Translations under genes and position numbers: made by a program | Assembly: GCF_004010195.1 (NCBI RefSeq) | Contig: NC_057753.1 | Location: 14,790,258-14,822,832 of the forward strand | Direction: 5' to 3' | Length of the DNA stretch: 32,575 bases | Origin: Chiloscyllium plagiosum | Taxonomy: Eukaryota | Notes under the pieces: model-generated | What the model was told of the DNA's origin: nothing | Database searches by the model: none | The model's input: the letters and a program-made list of their open reading frames with translations, nothing else | Shown: positions 1 to 10,324 of the stretch, piece after piece | How positions within the stretch are numbered: position 1 is the stretch's first letter | How the letters are laid out: each line of letters opens with the position of its first letter

Positions 1-640
1 ATATCTCAGCAAGAGGCCCAGCAATCACTTCCCTAGCTTCCCACAGAGTTCTTCGGTACATCTGATCAGGCCCTGGGGATTAATCCACCTTTAACCATTT
101 CAAGACATCCAGCATTTCCTCCTCTGTAATCTGCAACATTTTGCAAGATGTTGCCATCTATTTCCCTACGGTCTATATCTTCCATATCCTTTTCCACAGT
201 AAATACTGATGCAAAATATTCATTTAGTATCTCCCCCATTTTCTGTGGCTCCACACAAAGGCCGCCTTGCTGATCTTAGAGGGGCCCTATTCTCTCCCTA
301 GTTACCCTTTGTCCTTAATCTATTTGTAAAAACCCTTTGGATTCTCCTTAACTCTATTTGCCAACGCTATCTCATGTCCCCGTTTTGCCCTCCTGATTTC
401 CCTCTTAAGTATACTCCAACTTCCTTTATACTCTTCTCAGGATTCACTCTATCTATCCTGTCTATACCTGACATATGCTTCCTTCTTTTTAACCAAACCC
501 TCAATTTCTGTAGTCATCCAGTATTCCCTGTATCTACCAGCCTTCCTTTTCACCCGAACGGGAATACACTTTCTCTGGATTCTTGTTATCTCATTTCTGA
601 AGGCTTCCCATTTTTCAGTAAAGAGTTGAGGTCCTAGCAC
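1..640 (-). mobile_element. CR1/HER1-type LINE ORF2 fragment (degenerate)
   Basis: Minus ORFs 66-254 (MGEILNEYFASVFTVEKD) and 449-640 (KWEAFRNEITRIQRKCIPVRVK...WMTTEIEGLVKKK) match the typical CR1 ORF2 EN-RT linker; frameshifted. Confidence 0.9.
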
Positions 641-669
641 CGGCGCCTGCGTTCATGATGACCTGTCAC

Positions 670-1240
670 CCAGAAAAAGTTCCATTTATTCCTGCTCTCT
701 GCCTTCTGTTAAACAGCCTACTTTTATTCCCTATCCACGTCCTATGCCCTACATCATGAGTGTTTATAATTTACAATAACCTTGGATGCAATATCTCATA
801 AACTGCCATCTGTAACTCTAAATACAGTACCTCCACTGTATCCCTTGTATCTACAGCGCGTTACTTACAAATATACAAATTAGGAGAAAGTTACTGCCCT
901 CCTTAAGCCTGCCCTGCCAGGCAATAAGATCATGGCTGATCTGTTTCTGTTCAAAATTCCAATATTCCCTTCGATCCCAATCATGTTCAATTCCTTGCCT
1001 TAAAAATCTACCCACCTCTGACTTAAAATATTTAACGATTCCCCCCCTATCCCCATTCACCACTTTTCCAAGGCAGAGTGTTCCAACGTCACACAACTCC
1101 CCATGACTAGAATTCTCCCTGTGTTTGCCCTGAAAGGGTGGTCCACAATTTTTAAAAAGCTGCCCCCACCCCCGACCCTGTCCAAACCTCATCCTGGGAT
1201 GAGTGACAAGAGGAAACGTCCTTTCCCTGCCCACCTTCCG
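670..1240 (-). mobile_element. Old CR1 LINE fragments (RT part and 3' end)
   Basis: Degenerate CR1 motifs ccatttattcctgctctctg (~680) and 3'-tail-like gcaataagatcatggctgatctg (~920); ORF 851-1258 has RERTFPLV...KYFKSEVGRFL resembling the CR1 ORF2 C-terminus. Confidence 0.65.
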
Positions 1241-1364
1241 AAGACCACTCAGGATCAAACACTGGTCTGCCCTGCATATTTTCTAATCAGAGATGGCATG
1301 GTACGCCTCTGGACCAGTTGGGACTCAAGCCTGGGCTTCCCTGGCTCAGAGGTGGCATCTATTC

Positions 1365-2310
1365 AGGAGGATGGTCTCAGGCTACAGTCTGATATCGATC
1401 AGCTGGCAAATTGGGCAGAGCAATGGCAGATGGCATGTAATTCTGCTAAGTGGGAGGCGAGGTATTTTGGGAGGTCTCATCAGGGAAGGTGAATGGTAGT
1501 CCCTAGTGGGGTAGTGAGGAACAAGGGTATCTTGGTGTACAAGGCCAAAAAGGTGTCAGCACAGACAGACAGGGTGGTGAAGGCGGCAGATAGACTGGTT
1601 GCCTCCATTAGCCAAGGGATAGGAGCAAGGAAGTCTTGTTAAGACTTGATAAAAGGGGAAAGTGAGGGCTGCAGATCAGAGCTGAAAATGTGTTTCTGGA
1701 AAAGCGCAGCAGGTCAGGCAGCATCCAAGGAGCAGGAGCAGGGCTCATGCCCGAAACGTCGATTCTCCTGCTCCTTGGATGCTGCCTGACCTGCTGCACT
1801 TTTCCAGCAAGACTTGATAAACCCTTTGGTGAGGCTACAGGTGGAATGCTGTGTGCAGTTGTGGTCACCACAGTACTGCGTGGTGTGATTTACCCCGGTG
1901 AATGTGCAGCGGAGATTCTACCAGGATGTGCCTGGAATGAAAAGGCTGCTGTGAGGAGAGATTGCCTAAGGTTGGGTTTGTTTTCCCTGGAGCAGAGGCA
2001 GCAGGAATCGGTTTGAGGGGCGTCAATAGGGTACACAGGTTGAAGGAACGGAGGAAGTGGTTTAGAGGAGATCGGAGAAAGAAAGGTTTTCACCCAGAGG
2101 GCGGGAGAAGTATGGAACGTGCTGCCCAAGAATGCGTTGCCGGTGGTGCTGGAAGCAGAGGCATTAGGGACATTTAAGGGACTACCACACATGCACATGG
2201 ATAGCAGTGAAATGAGGGGTGTGTAGGTTAAGTTATTTTATTTTACATTAGGATTAATCCTCAGCACAAGACTGGGCCTGTTCTACGCTGTACTTTTCTA
2301 AGTGCTATGT
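1365..2310 (+). mobile_element. CR1 LINE 3' part, interrupted by a short insertion at 1654-1808
   Basis: EDGLRLQSDIDQLANWAEQWQM and RLGLFSLEQR are characteristic CR1 RT C-terminal motifs; ends in tail gggcctgttctacgctgtacttttctaag. Confidence 0.85.
1654..1808. mobile_element. Short Penelope-pLTR-derived insertion with internal inverted repeat
   Basis: 13-bp direct repeat aagacttgataaa at 1641-1653 and 1809-1821; inverted arms 1696-1738 and 1765-1807; loop contains gggctcatgcccgaaacgtc. Confidence 0.8.
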
Positions 2311-2319
2311 CCTAAGAAG

Positions 2320-3130
2320 TTGGTGAAGGAGGTACTCTCGCAACATTTAAGCATCGGGATGAACACTTAAAATGCCACTGCATAGTCAGCCACCGACCAA
2401 GTGCAAGCAAACGGGATTAATACAGTTTGGTATTTGTTGGTCAGCATAGACATGGTGGGTCAAGGGCCGGTTTCATGTGACTATGACTGCATTACAACGG
2501 CCACTGGACTCAAAGCATTAAACTTTTGCTTGTCTCTCGCCACAGATACCTATCAAACTTGATCGGCCTCCCCAGCAGTCTCTGGTTTTGTTTCAGATTT
2601 CCAGCATTCAAAGTTCTTTGTTCTAATTCAGTCCATTCAATTTTTTGCTCATAAGGCAACTCACTCACACCAGTGGGCCACCTCCAATGCATTTACATCT
2701 TTCCTTAAATAAGGTGATCAAGACTGCACACCGTAGTGGAGATGTGACCGCACCAATGCCCCATATAACTGAAGCATAAATTCCTTCCTTTCATGGCCAG
2801 TTCCTTTTCTAATAAAGGATAGCATCCAGTTAGCCGTTCCATTCACCACTCCCTCAAGGAACTCCAAGATATCGGTTCAATATGACCTCCTTGTTTAAAA
2901 TTGTAGCGCCCCTGCCCAATAATCCTGCACTTTTCTGAGTCCCATGCTATAAGGGGCACATGTATCTTTGATAATAGTTTGACATTTTCCCTATGACAGC
3001 CATCAAAGGTCTGTGTGTGTGTGTGAGGAACAAACCAGCAACTGATCTGATGATCGAGCATGAGCTGACTGAATACCAGAGCAGACTTGAAAGGCCGAAT
3101 GATCTACTCCAGCAACTATTTTCTATGTTT
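2320..3130. mobile_element. Mixed old CR1 fragments plus a Penelope-tail-like remnant (~2500-2620)
   Basis: CR1 3' tail gggtcaagggccggtttcatgtgactatgact (~2460); minus CR1 RT remnant ~2690-3000; tail tctctcgccacagatacc...tttcagatttccagcatt resembles 9130-9220 and 13185-13240. Confidence 0.55.
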
Positions 3131-3804
3131 CCAGGACAGACGTTAAACCAACTGGCCTGTGATTGCCGGCTTTCTATCTGCCTAGTTAATTTACGTGAAT
3201 AAAATACTTACATCCACTATTTTGCAATACAATGGGACTCTCCTTGGGTCTGGGGAAGATTTGGAAAATTACATCCGATGGGCACATTGCTGCACCCTGA
3301 TCACCATTCCCCCCCCCCCCCACCCACCCCAACAAGCAGAAACATTTCCTTTCCGCCTGCCCTGCCAGTTTCCCCCTTCCTCACTCGAACACCCCCGACT
3401 TTCAAACGCCAAGCTGTGCAGCCCCCCTTTCGCCTGCGTCCGACCTCCCGTTCGACTGGAGCCCCCACCGCCGGGAACCCCCAGCCGAAACCCCGGGCAG
3501 ACCGGTTCCGAGGGGGGGGGGGGGCAAGGGTAGGTCTGCTTATCATCACCCACCTCCCCACACCCCCCACCAAGGGCCTGGCCCGCCGTGCAACGGGGGA
3601 CGTCAGGGCTTCAATTCCGCCAACCGCCCCCTGTACCCACCCACCCACCGCAAACCCCGTCCACGGTCCAGGCTCCACTTGGGGCCCAGCCGCGCTGGCT
3701 CCTGGGCACCGACCCGGTCAGCAGACTGGGGGGGGGGGGGTCCGTCCCCACGCCGAGGAGACGTCTCGCTCGCACGGTCCCGCCGCCACCCCCGGGATAC
3801 TCAC

Positions 3805-4250
3805 ACGGAGCGGGAGGAGACGCTCCTTCCTCTGTCCCTCGAAGGCTTCGCCCACGCCCCGGGTCTTGGCTGCCGGGGCAGGGACCCGCTCACATCGTCT
3901 GGGAAAGGCGCCTGGTTTGTGCAGGGGCCTCCCTCGTGCACCGGCTGGGCTGCTCCGGTGCCCCTGCTGCTAATAGCTGCTCATGCAAACCCCAAACAAT
4001 AATAGTCTTTTTTTTTTAAAAAATAAAAAAAGAAATCAACAAAAAAAGGGGGGGGGTTGATGCAGATGCAGCAGCCAGGAATAAGCAGGCAGGTGGGTAA
4101 AGAGCAGCCCTCATGGGCATCCTCTCCCCTCCACAATGGCACACTGCTCCTTTTTGCTCTCTTTTTTTTTCCCTTTTGGTAACAGGGACAATGCAATCCC
4201 CTAAACTCCTCCCCAAAGGAGGGGGATGGCAACAAGGGGCCTTGCAGGCT
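3805..4250 (-). other. Candidate non-coding first exon (5' UTR) of an unidentified minus-strand gene
   Basis: Consensus donor CGT|GTGAGTATCC (plus tactcac, GT at 3804-3803) downstream of the CCAAT cluster; no ATG-initiated ORF runs into the donor; TSS approximate. Confidence 0.55.
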
Positions 4251-4999
4251 GGCAACTCTCAGCAGCACAGGCGCCCGCCCCCCTCCAGCTCGGTGATTGG
4301 CTGGAGGACCGAGGGTCGGCGGCGGACCTCCCAGTGACGACGGGGATCTCCATTGGCCGAGGCGCACGTCGGTCGGGCGAGGGCCCGCCCACCGAAGTCG
4401 GGGCCAGGAATCCGATTGGTTGAGGACGACGTCGTCGGCGGTCCGCCATTGGGTGATGAAGACAGAGGGCCGTCGGGGCGAGGGATTCCATTGGACGGAC
4501 CGGACGCCCATCAAGGCGGACGTCGACGGTCAACAAACGTTAAGAGGCAGGCGCCCGCCCCTTGACGCTGCGAGCCAATGGGTGAGCGCCCGCGCGCTGG
4601 GGGCGGGGAATGGACGAGCGATCCGTCTGTGAGACGTGTCACTCCAACAAGGGACCAATCGGAACACGAGGAGCCGCCGGCTATATTCAACAGAGAGCGG
4701 CTCGACCAAACAGAGCCCGCAGAGGCAATGGGGATTTCTGCATTGTGATTGGTCAGGAGGGGTGTCATTCAGAGATTGGTCCGGCCCACACGCGGGTACC
4801 GCCCTGTTCACGCAGTGACGCGTAACAATGGTAGGAGTCATGAATACTCCGCAACGGAATGAACTGAAGCCGAGCCGGTTGGTTCAAGGCACTGTCAATC
4901 ATGATAGGGCCACGCCCTCTGGCAAGGCTGCTTCCCTTATTGGTCGGAGAAACGTGCCAATCAACGCAAAGCGGGTGGCGAGCTGACGTCAGCTCGCTA

Positions 5000-5182
5000 A
5001 CGGTCGGCCGGTGGCGTCGGGCGGGAGGGGGACGGTTCGCCGATTAAAACCCTCGGCGTCCCGGTGAAAGGGACACAGGGCGCCTCTGCTCTCCACGTCT
5101 TCTCGGAGTGAGAGCACACAGCGTCGGCGGAGGGAGGGGAAGTTGAAAAATAAAATCAAGTGGTAACTGGGTGGAGATTGAG
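5000..5182 (+). other. Candidate non-coding first exon of an unidentified plus-strand gene
   Basis: Follows the CCAAT/CRE cluster; donor GAG|GTACGC with GT at 5183-5184 (alternative TG|GTAACT at 5163); start approximate. Confidence 0.4.
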
Positions 5183-5244
5183 GTACGCATGCGTACAGCG
5201 GGCTGGGTGGGAGATCACTTCTGCGCAGACGCAGTCTCCCCATT

Positions 5245-6898
5245 CAGTGTTGGAGGGTCACGTGTCCTCACTCCCCACTCCCCTCACTCTCAACATTGCA
5301 GTGTCTGCGGGAGGGTCACAGTGTCCTCACTCCTCACTCCCCTCACTCTCAACATTGCAGTGTCTGCGGGAGGGTCACGTGCCCTCACTCCCCACTCCCC
5401 TCACTCTCAACATTGCAGTGTCTGGGGGAGGGTCACACTGCCCTCACTCCCCACTCACCTCACTCTCATCATTGCAGTGTCTAGGGCAGGGTCACAGTGC
5501 CCACACTCCCCAGTCCCCTCACTCTCAACATTGCAGTGTCTAGGGCAGGGTCACAGCCTCACTCCCCATTCCCCTCACTCTCAACATTGCAGTGTCTGGA
5601 GGAGGGTCACAGTGTCCTCACTCCCCACTCCCCTCACTCTCAACATTGCAGTGTCTGGGGGAGGGTCACAGTGTCCTCACTCTCAACATTGCAGTGTCTA
5701 GGGCAGGGTCACAGTGTCCTCAATCCCCACTCCTCTCAATCTCAACATTGCAGTGTCTGGGGGAGGGTCACACTGCCCTCACTCCCCACTCCCCTCACTC
5801 TCAACATTGCAGTGTCTGGGGGAGGGTCACAGTGCCCTCACTCCCCACTCCCCTACTCTCAACATTGCAGTGTCTGGGGCAGGGTCACAGTGACCTCAAT
5901 CCCCACTCCCCTCACTCTCAACATTGCAGTGTCTGGGGCAGGGTCACAGTGACCTCACTCCCCATTCCCCTCACTCTCAACATTGCAGTGTCTGGGGCAG
6001 GGTCACAATGTCCACACTCCCCACTCCCCTCACTCTCAACATTGCAGTGTCTGGGGGAGGGTCAAGTGCCCTCACTCCCCACTCCCCTCACTCTCAACGT
6101 TGCAGTGTCTGGGGAGGGTCACAGTGTCCACACTCCCCAGTCCCCTCACTCTCAACATTGCAGTGTCTGGGGGAGGGTCACGTGCCCTCACTCCCCACTC
6201 CCCTCACTGTCATCATTGCAGTGTCTGGGGGAGGGTCACGTGCCCTCACTCCCCACTCCCCTCACTCTCAACATTGCAGTGTCTGGGGCAGGATCACAGT
6301 GCCCCCACTCCCCATTCCCCTCACTCTCAACATTGCAGTGTCTGGGGGAGGGTCACAGTGCCCTCACTCCCCACTCCTCTAACTCTCAACATTGCAGTGT
6401 CTGGGGGAGGGTCACAGTGCCCTCACTCCCCTCACTCTCAACATTGCAGTGTCTGGGGTAGGGTCACAGTGTCCACACTCCCCACTCCCCTCACTCTCAA
6501 CATTGCAGTGTCTAGGGCAGGGTCACAGTGTCCTCACTCCCCACTCCCCTCACTCTCAACATTGCAGTGTCTGGGGTAGGGTCACAGTGTCCTCACTCCC
6601 CACTCCCCTCACTCTCAACATTGCAGTGTCTGGGGTAGGGTCACAGTGTCCTCACTCCCCACTCCCCTCAGTCTCAACATTGCAGTGTCTGGGGCAGGGT
6701 CACAGTGACCTCACTCCCCACTCCCCTCACTCTCAACATTGCAGTGTCTGGGGAGGGTCACAGTGTCCTCACTCCCCACTCCCCTCAGTCTCAACATTGC
6801 AGTGTCTGGGGTCGGGTCACAGTGCCCTCACTCCCCACTCCTCTAACTCTCAACATTGCAGTGTCTGTGGGAGGGTCACAGGCCCCACACTCCCCATT
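5245..6898. repeat. Minisatellite, ~59-bp unit, roughly 28 copies
   Basis: Unit aacattgcagtgtctgggggagggtcacagtgtcctcactccccactcccctcactctc; e.g. caacattgca at 5291 and 5350. Confidence 0.97.
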
Positions 6899-7199
6899 TA
6901 TCTTGCACTTGACTTGTGTTGAACTTGTCATGCAAATTTGTATTTTGAGTGTGATTATATTGTCACCTTTACTGTGAAATTTGTATTGTTTGGGATGAAT
7001 TAGTGAGGAAATTGAAAATGCCTCATAAAGGTACCCTTTCTTTTTGGATCTGAGGAACGTTTGTTAAAGCTAAATTGAAACAAAACTCTCCCAGTTTGAG
7101 AGCATGGGTTCAAACATGGCAGGCCATCTTAATGGTTTCAGCTCAGTTTGTTTTTCTGTATTTTGTGTGTTAAGGGATGGGGGAGATGTCGTTATCGTT

Positions 7200-7493
7200 T
7201 AGATTAGATTAGATTACAGTGTGGAAACAGGCCCTTCGGCCCAACTAGTCCACCCCGACCCGCCTAAGCGCAACCCACCCATACCCCTACATTTACCCCT
7301 TACCTAACACTACCGGCAATTTAGCATGGCCAATTCACCTGACCCTGCACATCTTTGGACTGTGGGAGGAAACCCACGCAGACACGGGGAGAACGTGCAA
7401 ACTCCACACAGTCAGTCGCCCGAGGCTGGAAGTGAACCCGGGTCTCTGGCGCTGTGAGGCAGCAGTGCTAACCACTGTACCACCGTGCCACCC
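7200..7493 (-). mobile_element. HE1-type V-SINE
   Basis: Reverse complement has a tRNA-like head (gggtggcacggtggtacagtggttagcactgctgcctcacagcgcc), V-domain (gtgtggagtttgcacgttctccccgtgtctgcgtggg), LINE-derived tail and (TAATC)n end. Confidence 0.92.
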
Positions 7494-7779
7494 AAGTTTA
7501 ATTTTTACTTTCTGAGTGTGGTGCACGGTGCCTGCAAATTTGTTTATTTGCATCCATTTTAACGTGGCAGTTAAACCCCTTGAGGTGAACAATTTAATGT
7601 GTTTGGAGCAAAAAACAGAGCCGTCAAGTAAAAGCAACATTGTCACCTCACAGCAGGAATCCAGTAACACACAAGTTTTTAAAACGACCATTTAGAAGCA
7701 GTCAGGCAGTGCACATGCTCCATTCTGAGAAGAAATGTTACCTGTTTCACAGTTTACAAAGTAATCGTGGGCATACCAT

Positions 7780-8040
7780 GGGCGGCACGGTGGTTAGCAC
7801 TGCTGCCTCACAGCGCCAGAGACCCAGGTTCAATTCCCGCCTCAGGCGACTGACTGTGGAGTTTGCACATTCTCCCCGTGTCTGCGTGGGTTTCCTCCCA
7901 CAGTCAAAAGATGTGCAGGTCAGGTGAATTGTCCATGCTAAATTGCCTGTTGTGTTAGGTAAGGGGTAAATCGGTGGCTCGGTGTGGACTTGTTGGGCCG
8001 AAGGGCCTGTTTCCACACTGTAATGTAATCTAATCTAATC
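7780..8040 (+). mobile_element. HE1-type V-SINE
   Basis: Head ggcggcacggtggttagcac, B box GTTCAATTCC at 7828-7837, V-domain, tail gggccgaagggcctgtttccacactgt and (taatc)3. Confidence 0.92.
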
Positions 8041-8524
8041 AAAAAGCAGTCCAAAATTGCTCAAAAGAAACTCTAGAAGGTGAAAGATATGGACAATGAA
8101 TCTAAGGGACCCCGACCTCAGTAATGTAAAGCTGTCTTATCGGTCAGTTTCAGGCTCTTGAGAAGAGATGTACGCTAACGATAATGATATTGAGTGAATG
8201 CAGCAATTTACCGAAAGCAATCCCAGTGCAGCATTGCAAACTGAACAGGGCGATTAAAAGTGGACACCGGGTGACTGCTCCCTGAGGTTGAGTATCTGTG
8301 AGATTGTTACTGGGGGTAAGAGGGTCAAATCTTGATTTATGATCATTGTAATAACACCATTTCAGGTCAAACCTGTACCAAGAGGAATCATTGGTTCATC
8401 GTGTAGGGGGGGATCTGGCAGGAATTCCTGAAGCCAAATGGAACGAGGATACAGCTGATGATGATGGTTGTTCAGGGACAATTGGGTGAACACTTTACTG
8501 AATGTATCCTCCCGTGTTTAGGGG

Positions 8525-8850
8525 AGGCTTAGTGGTATTATCACCAGGCTGTTAATCCAGAGACCCAGGTAATGTCCAGAGAAACCGCGTTCATGTCCCA
8601 TCACGGCAGATAATGGAATTTGAACTCAGTAAGATCTGAAAGTAAGTGCCTAATGGTGACCGTGAATCCACTGTCGAATGTTGGAAAAGCCCATCTAGTT
8701 CACTAATGTTCTTTAGGGAAGGAAACTGACAACCTTTCCTGGTGTGGCCGACGTGTGAATTCAAACCCTTAACAGCCCTCTGGGCAACGAGGGTTGGAGA
8801 ATGAGTGCTGGCCGAGCCAGTGACACCCTTATCCCACGAATGAATAATAC
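8525..8850 (+). mobile_element. SacSINE1/DeuSINE-like tRNA SINE (degenerate)
   Basis: Head agtggtattatcaccaggctgttaatccagag; Deu-like core tagttcactaatgttctttagggaaggaaac; L2-like tail atcccacgaatgaataat. Confidence 0.7.
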
Positions 8851-8879
8851 AGGGAAACTGCCCAGCATCTCTGGGACCT

Positions 8880-9225
8880 CTTTTCCCCCATTCCCACTCA
8901 CCAGGCCTTGTCATCACATGGGCTGTTTTCACCCACTAATGGTTCACATTAGCAGCTTTTCTTTCTTCCAGGCTCACCATTATACATCCCTTCATCTGCC
9001 CAACTGCTAGTCTGTCTCGCTCTCGTGCGCCCTCGCTCTATTCACTCTCTGGGCCATTGTTTACTCCTTCCCTCCCCTGCCCCCACAGCCCCATTTTTAG
9101 CATATATCCCACCTTTCCCAATTGTTGGCTGTGCTTTCTCTCCACAGATGCTGCCACACCCGCTGCATCTCTCTGGCATCAATTCTGTTTTGATTTTGGG
9201 TTACCAGCTTCCGCGATTCTTTCTT
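8880..9225 (+). mobile_element. Degenerate Penelope-like 3' end (pLTR) remnant
   Basis: Ends in ctttctctccacagatgctgccacacccgctgcatctctctggc, similar to the tail that follows a hammerhead-like core at 13150-13240. Confidence 0.45.
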
Positions 9226-9246
9226 GGTTTACTGGGTGTGTACATG

Positions 9247-9345
9247 GAGGAGAAAGTGAGGTCTGCAGATGCTGGAGATCAGAGCTGGAAATGTGTTGCT
9301 GGAAAAGCGCAGCAGGTCAGGCAGCAGCCAGGGAACAGGAGAATG
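9247..9345 (-). mobile_element. Short Penelope-derived element (same family as 1654-1808)
   Basis: ggagaaagtgaggtctgcagatgctggagatcagagctggaaatgtgttgctggaaaagcgcagcaggtcaggcagc is near-identical to the 1660-1730 and 30208-30270 copies. Confidence 0.8.
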
Positions 9346-10084
9346 ACTTAGAGTGAGCTGACGATCGTGCTCCACAGTTACACAGGCTACCACAGGATGT
9401 CGAAAACCCCAGTCAGACCCTCCCCAAATGACTAGTTTGCCTGGCCCACTTCTCCTCGGGACAGAAGCAATTCACAGCAGGTTTTGTCAGTAGCAAAATA
9501 ATAAACGATATTACCCCATGTTTACTCTTAAACAAGAGCGTGGACTGAAAGGATTCCCAACCAGCCACTCTGCAACATAAAACTCCAAAGCCCCGAATAC
9601 ACACACGTGTAGATTCAATCATGATTAATACGGTTGGTTTAACACATATACTATGGGTGATAAAATATCGAGAGGATAAACAAGTTTGAGGTTCAGAGAC
9701 CCACAGCACAAGTGAAGAGTTAATTTCTGATAATGTTTGTGATTATTTTTGCAACGGTGACATGTTCTCTCGCCTTGTAGGGTGACGGTCATTTTTTGAT
9801 TCAATGGTCATTGAGATGAATTTGAGTCTTCCTTGTTTCTTAATTCATTCTTTTAAGGTTTTTCATCTTGTTCCCCTTCCCCATGCAGGGAGAGAGAGAA
9901 GGATGCTTTCTGTTTGCAGGCTCTGGAGGTTTCTTTTGACCTGCTGCTCTTGAACGCAGAGCTTTAACATCATGCACTGAACCCAAGCAGAGGGCTGTTG
10001 TCGGGCGAAATCGGGCCTGAACTCAAAAGACATCGGTGATGCTCAGTCTCAATTCTCCCTGTTACTGCTTCGCAAAGCAACATT

Positions 10085-10195
10085 CCACCTAGTTTTCCAG
10101 CAAGCTATGTTATGAGACACCTCTGGAACAGGTAGAAGTTCAGATCAGGCCTTCCAGCTCACAGGTAGGGACACAACCACTGCACCACAAGGGAC
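10085..10195 (-). mobile_element. Possible old tRNA-derived SINE head
   Basis: Reverse complement starts ttgtggtgcagtggttgtgtccctacc (A-box-like TGGTGCAGTGG). Confidence 0.4.
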
Positions 10196-10324
10196 CAAAG
10201 GCAACACTGTAATGTGTGCTTGGCAATATTAGAATGCGATTTCAAAGTGCAAAACGCCCTCAGCTCTATCGGTCCAATTTGCAGGATGTAGTCTCAAAAG
10301 GAAAGAATCTGAGCTCTCACAGCT

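Larger units (their letters stand above)
3300..5230. promoter_or_regulatory. CpG island / probable bidirectional promoter with multiple CCAAT boxes, GC boxes and a CRE
   Basis: High GC and CpG. ATTGG/CCAAT at 4296, 4352, 4415, 4448, 4490, 4575, 4655, 4748, 4775, 4939, 4957; GC boxes cccgccc (~4274, 4384, 4554); TGACGTCA at 4984-4991. Confidence 0.8.

Noticed and set aside
5318..6824. CACAGTG (V(D)J RSS heptamer) in many repeat units
   Set aside because: There is no ACAAAAACC-like nonamer at 12 or 23 bp and no V/D/J segments nearby.
5160..6977. Overlapping repetitive ORFs; CRISPR-like periodicity
   Set aside because: These are translations of a 59-bp tandem repeat (not a multiple of 3) with no unique spacers, no cas genes and a eukaryotic context.
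7003..7031. Mini-exon ATGCCTCATAAAG|GTACCC
   Set aside because: The upstream acceptor is poor (no pyrimidine tract) and the donor is weak.
7780..7845. tRNA gene (A/B boxes), also at 28523-28590
   Set aside because: These are SINE heads continuing into the V-domain, with no complete cloverleaf.
9370..10080. Possible solo LTR (similarly 26940-27530) and decayed gag-like DNA at 7500-8500
   Set aside because: No clear TG..CA termini, TSD or translatable motif could be identified by eye.
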